Source: an uncultured bacterium
GTDB taxonomy: Bacteria > Patescibacteriota > Saccharimonadia > Saccharimonadales > Saccharimonadaceae
DNA: 64,000 nucleotides
Direction: 5' to 3'
NCBI GenBank assembly: GCA_916438495.1
Contig: CAKAEX010000001.1
Location: 467,771 to 531,770 of the forward strand
How positions within the stretch are numbered: position 1 is the first letter of the stretch; each line of letters opens with the position of its first letter. The notes beneath the pieces were generated by a model that did no database searches, was not told the DNA's origin, and saw only the letters and a list, made by a program, of their open reading frames with translations. Shown in pieces: positions 28,478 through 38,329 of this stretch. The translations under genes and the position numbers were made by a program.

Positions 28478-29920
28478 ATGAACACAAGTAGAAAAATTGA
28501 AGAACTCCTTCAAGAAATACAAAGTCTTATCGGAGACGACAAGAAGTCGATGGAATGGTTTCAAGAAGTTCGGGCTAAGGCCTCAGCTTTCGAAACCGAC
28601 AAAGAAGAAATCGCATATCTTGAAGATATTTTAACAAAACTTCAAGATAGTGATGATGAAGCTCAAGAACTAGAAGATAGTGATGATGAATCTCAAGAAC
28701 TAGAAGAGGTTCGGTCAAATCCTTGGCCAATTATCTCACTGTTTTTTGGATTAGCTATTGCAGTTGTGATTATCTTTGGATTTTGTTATTTCCTATGTAC
28801 AAGAGCCAATGCCGCAAATAGCAGTACGAATACCGTTTCTTCTTCTACAATTTCAAAATCTGTAGATCTTCCAAAAGAAGATTTACAGGTTATCGACTAT
28901 AAGGTTGACGGCGATGCTATTGTTTACAACCGAGAAATTGCGAACACACAGCACAAAGTGTTCGCGAATGGCTCAGTTGAAAACACTCTTTCAGCAAACG
29001 CTGAAAGCGCAGTTAACGAAATGGTTCAGTACATGAGCCACAATGCAACTGCGTTAAAAGAAAAGGCCATGGCCTTCGGTATTGTTGATGCAAAAGCCGA
29101 CGTCAAAGACTGGCTAGAAAAGAAGGACGGAAAGGTCTACTATAACAATAAAGGAAAAGACGTTTTCTATCAAACGAAAGCGTTCCTTTCTAGAAGCCAA
29201 ACTTCTTCCAAGAGAATGGAAGAAGGCTCAAACTACTACACTACCGGAGTTAATAGCAAAGGTGATGTAGTAATTAGTAGAGGGATTCAAGACCTGTCAG
29301 GCCAAGAATATATCGAAGTATCAAATCCGAAAGGATCAACCGAGAAGTATTCTTATAGAGTGCTCATTTACTGTGGTAACACAGTAATGAAAAAGGGGGA
29401 TATTCCGGGTGTACCGACAGAGAAAATCGAGATTCCTCCTACAAAACCAGGAAAACCTGACAAGCCAGATAAACCTAGCGAAAGTAAGGTGGAGAAAAAA
29501 GACCCTAGTAAGGACCCAGCCAATCAAGGCAAAGCCCCAGTTGGCGGAGGTCAAAATGATGGATCTTCAAATGGTTCAGAAACCTCTCAGGCAAAATTGC
29601 CTGAGCAATATTCTGCTCCATCTGCTCCAGCTGCACCAGTACAAAGTTCTTCAAGCTCAGCCACTACTTCATCGCAAGATGCTCGTGTAAGCGAACCATC
29701 TCAATGGAGTGGATCTGGAACAGTTACAGATTCCAACGGATCTACGAAAGTAGAAGAAAATGGAGCCGTAACCACCCCAGATGGTAAGAACTATAGCGGA
29801 TTAACAAATCCAAGCTCGGTTCCACCGGTTGAATCGGGAGCAAATGGGACTACAGCCCCATCAAGATCTGCTAATTTTGCAGGCAATAGCTCCATGAGCG
29901 AGCCTGCAATCGATGATTGA
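28478..29920 (+). CDS. Orphan membrane-anchored surface protein (acidic N-terminus, 1 TM, Pro/Ser/Gly-rich tail)
   Basis: Intact 480-aa ORF with AAGGATGG RBS; TM WPIISLFFGLAIAVVIIFGFCYFLC. Confidence 0.85.
   Translation: MNTSRKIEELLQEIQSLIGDDKKSMEWFQEVRAKASAFETDKEEIAYLEDILTKLQDSDDEAQELEDSDDESQELEEVRSNPWPIISLFFGLAIAVVIIFGFCYFLCTRANAANSSTNTVSSSTISKSVDLPKEDLQVIDYKVDGDAIVYNREIANTQHKVFANGSVENTLSANAESAVNEMVQYMSHNATALKEKAMAFGIVDAKADVKDWLEKKDGKVYYNNKGKDVFYQTKAFLSRSQTSSKRMEEGSNYYTTGVNSKGDVVISRGIQDLSGQEYIEVSNPKGSTEKYSYRVLIYCGNTVMKKGDIPGVPTEKIEIPPTKPGKPDKPDKPSESKVEKKDPSKDPANQGKAPVGGGQNDGSSNGSETSQAKLPEQYSAPSAPAAPVQSSSSSATTSSQDARVSEPSQWSGSGTVTDSNGSTKVEENGAVTTPDGKNYSGLTNPSSVPPVESGANGTTAPSRSANFAGNSSMSEPAIDD
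28644..28707 (+). repeat. 30-bp in-frame tandem duplication (DSDDE[A/S]QELE x2)
   Basis: AAGATAGTGATGATGAA(G/T)CTCAAGAACTAG twice with one mismatch. Confidence 0.95.
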
Positions 29921-29981
29921 TTTTTCTCAACGATTAGCACCTTTTACTCACGCTGGGCGGTTTTCCGCCGCCCGGCTTTAC

Positions 29982-30016
29982 ATTGATACTTCTTAATAAC
30001 CCGATTTTAAGTTTTA
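29982..30016. repeat. Right arm of imperfect inverted repeat (partner 28373-28408)
   Basis: ATTGATACTTCTTAATAACCCGATTTTAAGTTTTA. Confidence 0.85.
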
Positions 30017-30127
30017 ACAATTCGGCTAAAGCGAAGAAAACAAAATATTGACAAACAGAATTATGATATTGAATTAATAATAAATTCTAATAAGTGGAGA
30101 TTAGAAGGGAGAAAAATGAGGGACCAA

Positions 30128-32362
30128 ATGAAAAAACTCATTAATTTTATTAAAAACCATTCCGTAATCTCTGGTTCAATCTTGGCTGCAGTTATCGCTC
30201 CAGTTGCCGTTATGGCCTGGGGTCCAGCTCGGCCATCATTTACTATTGAAAAACCAGCAGATTATATTACATTCAACTCAATCACAAATAACCCTGTTAT
30301 TGGTGGTGACGAAAAAGACTTCGTTGGAATTCGTGAAGTTGGCTCAAACGCAAAATGGACAAACAATATGAAAGTCCAAAATGGCAAAGAATATTATGTT
30401 CGAATGTACGTTCACAACAACGCAGCTTCGAACTTAAATCTTGTTGCCGAAAACGTAGTAGCAAAACTTAACGTTCCAATAACAACAGCAAAAAATGTGA
30501 CTGTTCAAGGTCAGATTTCAGCTTCAAACGCAAAACCTAACACAGTTTGGGATGAAGCAACTTTCTCAAGTGATAATGACTTCAACTTGGCTTATGTTGC
30601 TGGTTCTGCCCTTTTCGAAAATAACGGAATGGGTACAATTAAACTTCCAGACAGCATCGTAAATAATACGGGTGCAAAACTTGGATATGATAAACTTGAC
30701 GGAAAAATTCCTGGATGTTTCCAATATGCAGGTTACGTAACCGTTAAAGTTAAGGCTCAAGTTAGCCAACCGCAAGAGAAAACTAATATCGACCTTGCGA
30801 AAACAGTTCGAAATAAAACAAATGGCGAAAAATCTTGGACTGAAACTGTAAGCGCTAAAGGTGGCGACACAGTTCAATTCCAAATTCACGCTAAAAATAC
30901 AGGTTCTGCAGGAATTCAGAACTTAGTAATTCGCGATATTCTACCAAAAGGTTTAAATTATGTTGCAGGCTCAACAAAGCTCTACAACACATCAAATCCA
31001 AAAGGTTTGAAAGTTAGCGACAATATCATTCAAAATTCTGGAATCAATATTGGTACATATCAAGCAAATGGTGATGCTTACGTACGTTTTGACGCAACAG
31101 TTGCAGCTGAAAAAGATTTGCCAGTTTGTGGAGAAAATACTTTAACTAATATAGCTCAAGCAAGTGATCAAAAAATCGTTAAAAACGATACTGCAAGCGT
31201 AAAAGTTACAAAAAAATGTGAAACTCCTAAAAATCCAGTTTACAAATGTGACGCTTTAAGCTTAAACATTGTTCGAAAAGATGAAAAGCAAATCACTTAT
31301 TTAGCTGATACAAAATATTCAGTAAAAGATACAGAATTTACTGGCACAAAATATGTAGTAAAAAATTCAAAAAATGAAGTTGTTGCCGAAAAAGTTGTAA
31401 ATGGTGGAACTAAATTCGAAATTACTGTTCCAAACAATGTGAACGAAAAATACACAGTTACTTCAACGATCATCACTAAAAACGGTGAAAATTCAAATGC
31501 TAACTGTGAAAAATATTTTGAAACTAAAGCTCCGACACCAGCTCCAGCTAAACCAGAATTGGTGTGTCGAAATATTACAATTAACCAAATTTCTCGAACA
31601 AAATTCGAATTTAACACTTCTTATACCGTAAATAACACAACATTCGTTGGTGTTAAATATATCGTAAAAGATCAAAGTGGTAAAGTCGTAATTGAGAAAA
31701 CTGTAAATAACGGCTCAAAATTGACGCTCAACATTGAAATTGTTGGTAAATTCACAATTTCTTCAACAGTTATCACAAAAGATGGCGAAAACTCAAATTC
31801 AAATTGTGAAAAATCTTTCGAAGTTAAACGTGAAGAGAAACCTTCAATCCTTATCAAGAAAACTGTAAATAATCAGAAAAATACTAAAATTGAAGCGAAT
31901 ACTGATTTTAACTACGAGATTACAGTTTCGAATAACGGAAATGTTGATTTGAAAGATGTTGTTGTAACCGACCGTGCACCAGCAAATATCACTTTTGTAA
32001 GTGCAGATAACGGTGAAATCAAAGATAATACTTTAACTCTAAAGATTAGCTCTTTGAAAGTTGGTGAAAGTAAAACTATTACAATTAAATCACAAGCAAC
32101 AGCAACAGGAATAACTGCCATAAATACAGCTTGCGTAGATACACCAACAATTCCTGGCAATAATGATGGTTGTGATAGCGCAAAAGTGGAAGTTCCAAAG
32201 AAACAAACTCCTCCAACACCTACACCAAACAACCCAACACCAAATATTCCAACAGAGTTGCCACAAACTGGTGCAAATACACTTTCTGCAATTCTTGGAT
32301 TAACTTCAATGGTGACCGCCTTTGGTTACTACTTCGCTAGCCGAAAAGCTGCAAGATTCTAA
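30128..32362 (+). CDS. Secreted DUF11/Ig-like repeat surface protein with LPXTG-type sorting signal
   Basis: Signal peptide; two DUF11-like domains (LAKTV...IRDILPKGL; IKKTV...VTDRAP); PT-rich linker, LPQTG, hydrophobic stretch and basic tail; alternative ATG at 30116. Confidence 0.85.
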   Translation: MKKLINFIKNHSVISGSILAAVIAPVAVMAWGPARPSFTIEKPADYITFNSITNNPVIGGDEKDFVGIREVGSNAKWTNNMKVQNGKEYYVRMYVHNNAASNLNLVAENVVAKLNVPITTAKNVTVQGQISASNAKPNTVWDEATFSSDNDFNLAYVAGSALFENNGMGTIKLPDSIVNNTGAKLGYDKLDGKIPGCFQYAGYVTVKVKAQVSQPQEKTNIDLAKTVRNKTNGEKSWTETVSAKGGDTVQFQIHAKNTGSAGIQNLVIRDILPKGLNYVAGSTKLYNTSNPKGLKVSDNIIQNSGINIGTYQANGDAYVRFDATVAAEKDLPVCGENTLTNIAQASDQKIVKNDTASVKVTKKCETPKNPVYKCDALSLNIVRKDEKQITYLADTKYSVKDTEFTGTKYVVKNSKNEVVAEKVVNGGTKFEITVPNNVNEKYTVTSTIITKNGENSNANCEKYFETKAPTPAPAKPELVCRNITINQISRTKFEFNTSYTVNNTTFVGVKYIVKDQSGKVVIEKTVNNGSKLTLNIEIVGKFTISSTVITKDGENSNSNCEKSFEVKREEKPSILIKKTVNNQKNTKIEANTDFNYEITVSNNGNVDLKDVVVTDRAPANITFVSADNGEIKDNTLTLKISSLKVGESKTITIKSQATATGITAINTACVDTPTIPGNNDGCDSAKVEVPKKQTPPTPTPNNPTPNIPTELPQTGANTLSAILGLTSMVTAFGYYFASRKAARF

Positions 32363-32407
32363 GCTGACCGCTTCTCAATGGAGCGATCAAGCTTCAAATC
32401 TAAAAAA

Positions 32408-32437
32408 AAAATAGACTTCCACTTGGAGGTCTATTTT
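32408..32437. terminator. Bidirectional intrinsic terminator
   Basis: AAAATAGACTTCC-loop-GGAGGTCTATTTT between convergent genes. Confidence 0.75.
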
Positions 32438-32441
32438 ATTT

Positions 32442-33297
32442 TTATAAATCTTGCTGGCCTTTTTTATTAGCAATTTTTCTTGCTGCTATAATTACATTAT
32501 CAATTAATGAAGCCACCGTAAGCGGACCAACACCACCCTTCACAGGGGTAATTATTAAGTCTTTTCGAAAATCACGAACTTCTTCAGCTACATCGCCTTT
32601 AATTTCGCCATTTTCGCTTGCCGTTCCGGCGTCAACAACCACAGCTTTATTTTTTAGCATTTCTGAAGTAATCAGCCCAGGTTTTCCAACAGCTGTAATT
32701 ACCACATCAAAATCTTTAAGTTGTTCTTTCATTTCTTTCGAATTAAATTCATCAAATTTCGAAACTGGCACACCAGAAGCCTCAAGTATTTTTGAAAGTG
32801 GTGCACCTACAAGTTTACCTTGACCAACAATAGCAACTTTCTTATTCTCTAACGAAATATTATACCCCGCCAAAAGCCAATTTATCGCCTGGGCTGTGGC
32901 CGGTACAAAAGCACCATCATTCAAACCGTCGACGTCTTTTTCTTTAGATATTTCTGATAAAATTTGCTCAGTTTCTTCTTTCGAAATCTTCTCACCTTTT
33001 TTATCTTCAAGTGGAAGTTGAACAATAATTCCATGAATATTTTCATCAAGATTTGCTTTTTGAATTTCTTTTTTAATAAATTCAACAGCAACTTTTCTCC
33101 GTTCAACCTCGATTAAAATATCTTCACCATATTTTTCTTTAAGCTGCATATAAGTTTCAGTTACAGGATTTTTCGAAGAGTAAAAAAATTACTAATTTTT
33201 GGAAAAAAACCCGCCAGCTTTGCCGCAAAGCCCGCACTTGCTTAGCTTGACGCTCCTTAATAAAATCGCGGAGTTCTGCACCATTTAAAATTCTCAT
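32442..33297 (-). CDS. folD: Methylenetetrahydrofolate dehydrogenase/cyclohydrolase (frameshifted N-terminus)
   Basis: GIIVQLPL, KDVDGL, VVVDAG, ITPVKGGVGPLTV. Confidence 0.93.
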
Positions 33298-33388
33298 TCT
33301 TTTTATTATACGCAAATATATTGAAAAAAATTCAATTTTTTTAATATATAATCATTACAGAAGTTAATCAAAGAAAGGATTTTTTTGA

Positions 33389-33922
33389 ATGTATAATTAT
33401 AATAGTTACCACACATATGGGCACAGAAATTACAACCATAGCGCAGATACTGAAGCTATTGCTGGAATATCTATTGCATTCTTTTTAATTTTCGCACTAG
33501 TTGCCGCAGTTATAGGATATGTTATCAGCTCTCTTCTTTACATGCTAATTTTTAAAAAGGCTGGAATCGACGCTAAAAAGGCTTGGATTCCTTTCTATAA
33601 CCGATGGATATTCTTCGAACTTGGAGGGCAAGAAGGCTGGAAATCTCTTTTAACTTTCGTTCCTTATGTCGGACTAATAATCTCATTTGTTTTTGAAGTT
33701 CTTGCAGTTATTGAAATTAGCAAAAAACTCGATAAATCACCTTACTGGTCTATTCTTTTCATATTTGTAGCTCCTATTTGGTTCTTAATTCTTGGCCTAG
33801 ATAGTTCTCGCTGGAATGATATAGCCGGTAAAGAAAGCCTTGCAAAAGGAACTATCCTTGGTTATGAAATAGTAGAAGAAGAGAAAACTCCTGAAGCCAA
33901 AGAAGAAAAAACAGAAGAATAA
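33389..33922 (+). CDS. Membrane protein, DUF5684-like
   Basis: IFKKAG...AWIPFYN pattern, several TMs. Confidence 0.7.
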   Translation: MYNYNSYHTYGHRNYNHSADTEAIAGISIAFFLIFALVAAVIGYVISSLLYMLIFKKAGIDAKKAWIPFYNRWIFFELGGQEGWKSLLTFVPYVGLIISFVFEVLAVIEISKKLDKSPYWSILFIFVAPIWFLILGLDSSRWNDIAGKESLAKGTILGYEIVEEEKTPEAKEEKTEE

Positions 33923-33937
33923 TTCTTTTTTAAATCT

Positions 33938-33970
33938 TAAAACGACATTCGATTCAAGAATGTCGTTTTA
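33938..33970. terminator. Bidirectional intrinsic terminator
   Basis: TAAAACGACATTC-loop-GAATGTCGTTTTA. Confidence 0.75.
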
Positions 33971-33978
33971 ATTTTTTA

Positions 33979-35044
33979 TTAAATCTCCAGCGGTTCTTGT
34001 TCAATTTTTAAACCAAATTTTTCAAAAACTCTATCCTGAATCATTTTTCTTGCTTTAGCCAGCTCATCATAGTTTTTAGCTGAAATATTTGTTAAAACTA
34101 AAGCATTCTCTGGATGAACTTTTATTCCAAAAAATTCTTTTTCCTTCAATCCCGCTTCTTCAATAAGCCAGCCAGTTGCAATTTTTGTATTTTTTTCACC
34201 CACTTCAAAGAGTGGTACATTTTGATATTTTTTGCGAATCTCTGCAGCTTTCTCTTTCGAAATTATCACATTCTTGAAAAAACTCCCAGAATTTGGAATT
34301 TCCTCTGGATCTGGTAATTTTTTTGAGCGAATTTCAACCACTGCATTCATTACGTCTTTCACTGTTAGATTTTCTTTATTTTTGCCAATATTCTCAAGTT
34401 TCTCCTTTAAAACCTTGTATTCAGGCATTTCTGGTTGAGATTTTTGAAAGTTTCAAATTTACCGAAACGATAAAATATTTCCCTTTAGCATCATTCTTAA
34501 AAATACTATCACGGTAAGCAAATTCACATTCACTTTTTAATAAAGTTTTGATTTTACCAGTTGAGATTTCGAAAACTTTAACACTTTTTAAAATATCAGC
34601 AATTTCCTGGCCATATGCACCAACATTTTGAATTGGTAGAGCTCCAACTGTTCCAGGGATCATCGCCATCGCTTCACAACCGCTAAAGCTTTCCGAAACT
34701 GCAAATTTAACAAAATTATACCAATTTTCACCAGATTTTTATACAGAATTCAGCACCTTCATTATTTTTCAAAAAAACCTTTTCAAAACCTTTTAATTTC
34801 ATTTTTTTATCACTATTCCTGCAAAGTTTTTGATTCTTCACAATCGTGTTGCTTCCGCCGCCAAGAATAAAAAAATCGGCAAATTATTTTTTTCTGAAAA
34901 CTTAATCGCATTCTTAAAATCTTCAATATTTTTTTACTACTGTAAAAAAAGAGCTTTTTCCACTAATTTTTCATAGTCGTAAGTTTACCAAAATCAATAT
35001 CTTGCTGAATTTTTTTAGATTTTTCGAAAAATTATTTCCTTCAT
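33979..35044 (-). CDS. murB: UDP-N-acetylenolpyruvoylglucosamine reductase (heavily frameshifted)
   Basis: LGGGSNT, IPGTVGALPIQNVGAYG, FAYRDSIFK, PNSGSFFKN, LEQEP-like end. Confidence 0.9.
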
Positions 35045-35097
35045 ATAAATCAATTATATCATAAAAAAATAAAACCCGCCAAAAGCGAGGAAATCTG

Positions 35098-35174
35098 TGG
35101 TACACCCGGCAGGATTTGAACCTACAACCGCCTGGTTCGAAGCCAGGTACTCTATCCAGTTGAGCTACGGGTGC
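35098..35174 (-). tRNA. tRNA-Arg(TCG)
   Basis: GCACCCGTAGCTCAACTGGATAGAG...CCTGG-CTTCGAA-CCAGG...GGTTCAAATCC...ACCA. Confidence 0.95.
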
Positions 35175-35219
35175 TTAATAAATAAATTATACCACACTTT
35201 TTCTTATTTTGTGAAGACT

Positions 35220-36838
35220 ATTTTTTTAATAAATTTTTAAAAATTTTTGTATAAAGGATCACCGTTTAATAAATTGTTATAATCCATTTCTTTTTGAAAA
35301 AAATTATAACCAGCAATTGGCGATTTTTTTATCAGCGCTATTATATGGGGAAATTATAAAAAAACTCTTTATTTTTTTCAAAAAAACTACTATCATTTTT
35401 CAATCTTTGGCGTGTAATCAGCTCGAATCATATCGCCAGAACGATAAATTGGTGGTTCGCCATAAAACCAAATTTTACTTTCATTATTAGAATATTGTGC
35501 TGCTGAATAATATAAAAATCCACCAACAACGATTGCTGCATTATTTTTTTCATTTCGAACCTTTTCAATTGCTTGCCGAATTTCAGTAATTTCTCCACCA
35601 TTTTTAGAAATACCCTTTTGTAAATTAAGCTGGAAAATTCCAAAAAAATATGCGAAAAAAATGATCAAAAATAATCAATAAAATTGAAACGCTCTTCTTA
35701 TTCTCAAAAAGTTCAACCGCAATAATTGCCATTAAAATCGACACAAAAACTTCAGCCATAAGTAAATATCTATCAACAAAAATTGAACTAAATGGCGGTA
35801 AACTTGCAATGTAAAGCAAAAATATAGGAATTACTGAGACTGAAAAAATCAGCCAGAAAATACTATTATTTTTTTCATTCCTCCACTTTTCGAATGTAAA
35901 AATTACAATAATCATAAGAACAACCATAGCTATCAAAGATAGCCAACCGTTAGTTTTGCTAGCATCAAGATAGAAAAAGAAATTCGATACCATATTTGGT
36001 ATTGTTGTAAAATCAAGTGCAGGAATCCAGAACTTAGCTTTTAACATAAGTAGCTTGCGAAACAAAAAAATGGAACCCAAGGGGTATAAAAAAATGCGAT
36101 AATCAAATGTGAAGACAGCCATTTTTTTCAGCAAAAAAATTACCAAAAAAACTGTTTTATGTAATTCTTCTGCTTTTTAAATTTCAAACAGCTAATAAGA
36201 TGAAATCTATTGTTCTTTTCTTGATTCTTCGAAATATAAACTGCTCTAAAAATCCATAATGAAATTGGAATCAAGGCATAGAGATACTGTGTCCAGATTC
36301 CAGCACAAACAGCAATAATATAAATTATTCGCCATTTTTTCTTATTTTTCATCGTATTTTCAGCAACCCAAGCTTCATAAAAGGCCCTCACCGTTAAAAT
36401 ACTCAAAAATGCTACCATAGTATACATTCTAGCTTCCTGTGAATATCTAATTAGCATCGGTGAAATTGCAAGAAAACTGCTCGCCAATAGTGCAATTTTC
36501 TTATTATAGAGTCTTTTTACCAAAAAATATGCCAAAATTATGGTTAAAATACCAAAAAATACAGATAGACTCCTCAATGCAAAGTCACTAGAGCCGAAAA
36601 AAATACACTCCAAATCTTTAATAAAAAAAATAGTAAAGCGGTGGATGAACGTCAACAGATGTGTAATGCCAAATTTCAGCAAAATTAAAACGAATTATAT
36701 AAGCTGAAAAAAAGCCTCATCAAACCAGATTGAGGCTTTCGAAATTGTTAAAAAAACAAGGGTTAAAAATCCTGAAATAATTCCCAGAAAAGCAATTTTG
36801 GAGCGGCACTCTTTAAATCTCGAAAAAACCATACCCAT
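35220..36838 (-). CDS. GT-C fold glycosyltransferase (PMT/ArnT-like, GT39/83), frameshifted
   Basis: WFDE, DVHPPLY, LRSLSV, YSQEARMY motifs; many TMs. Confidence 0.8.
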
Positions 36839-36889
36839 GATAAATCTATTATATCATAGCTTTTAGCTTTTCGAAATATTAAAAATTAC

Positions 36890-38165
36890 CTATAAATCGC
36901 TCGGTAGCGGAAAATTTCTAGCAAAATCTGCAACTTCTTTTTTAATTTCGGTAAGTTTTTTAGAATCTTCACGGTATTTAATCGCAAGTTCCATCCATTC
37001 AGCAATTTTCGCCATCTCGGTTTCCTTCATTCCACGCGAAGTTACAGCTGGCGTTCCAAGTCGGATCCCGCTTGGTGCGAACATAGACAAAGTATCATTA
37101 GGAATCGAATTAGCGTTTAAAGTTAGGCCAATCGCGTCCATCGCGCGTTCAGCGACTTTCCCATCAATTCCAAAACTTGCATAAATATCAATTAAAATTA
37201 AGTGATTTTTTGTGCCTCCAGTCACAAGTTTAAAACCTCTTTTCGAAAGCTCTTCAGCCAAAAAATGAGCATTTTTTACTACCTGTTGAGCATAAATTTT
37301 AAATTCAGGCTGAAGTGCTTCGTAAAAAGAAACTGCTTTTGCCGCAATTGAGTGCATTTGTGGGCCGCCTTGAGTTCCCGGAAAAACACTGCGATCAATT
37401 AAAGTTGGTAAATTTTCAAGAGTTTTTTCTGGTTTTTTGAGTGGATTCCCCACTTTTCCATTCGAAAGAATCATTCCACCACGAGGGCCACGCAAAGTTT
37501 TGTGAGTTGTAGTTGTTACAACGTTAAAACCGTAATCAAATGGGTTTTTCGAAACACCTCCAGCAATCAATCCAGCAATATGTGCTACATCCGCCATCAA
37601 CATTGCTCCATATTTTTTGCCAATTTCAGCAATTTTAGCATAATCAATTTCGCCAGGATATGCAGAAAATCCCACAAGAATAATTTTTGGCTTATATTTT
37701 TCAGCTAATTCTTCAATTTGCTTATAATTAATTTCACCATTTTTGTCTAAGCCATATCGCACAAAATTATAAATCTTACCGCTACGCGTTACTGGTGATC
37801 CGTGCGTTAAATGACCACCTTGAGATAAATCCATACCCAAAACCGTATCGCCAACTTCTAGCCAAGCATTATAAACCGCCTCATTAGCATTTGCACCACT
37901 ATGTGGTTGGACATTCGCATGATCACAATTAAAAAGCTGTTTCGCGCGTTTAATCGCTAAACTTTCAATGATATCAGTATTCTCCTGACCACCATAGTAT
38001 CTTTTGCCAGGATATCCTTCAGAATATTTATTTGTTAAAACTGAACCAAGTGCTGCCAATACTTCTCTTGAAACATAATTCTCACTTGGAATTAATTCCA
38101 AGCCTTCTCGCTGACGATTTTTCTTCATTTTTCAATTACATTAAAAAAATCTTTTCATCAAACAT
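36890..38165 (-). CDS. glyA: Serine hydroxymethyltransferase
   Basis: LIPSENY, NKYSEGYPGKRYYGG, GGHLTHG, TTTTHKTLRGPRGG. Confidence 0.97.
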
Positions 38166-38228
38166 AAAAAAACTCTCCTTAAAAAAATTAAACTTTTTGA
38201 AACTAAAAAAATATAAAAAAACCGTCGC

Positions 38229-38265
38229 TATATCATATTTTTTTAAGTATATCATATTTTTTTAA
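38229..38265. repeat. 18-bp direct repeat in the glyA/murA divergent promoter region
   Basis: TATATCATATTTTTTTAA at 38229-38246 and 38248-38265. Confidence 0.8.
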
Positions 38266-38329
38266 AAAAATAAAAAAAATTCTTAGAAAACTTGTTTTTT
38301 TATTATACCATAAGTGATATAATTATTTT

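Noticed and set aside
28644..28707. CRISPR-like repeat
   Set aside because: Two adjacent in-frame units with no spacer and no cas genes.
27509..32362. Integrative element or prophage at tRNA-Val
   Set aside because: No integrase, phage genes or duplicated tRNA 3-prime end (att site) was seen; only a plus-strand surface-protein cluster.
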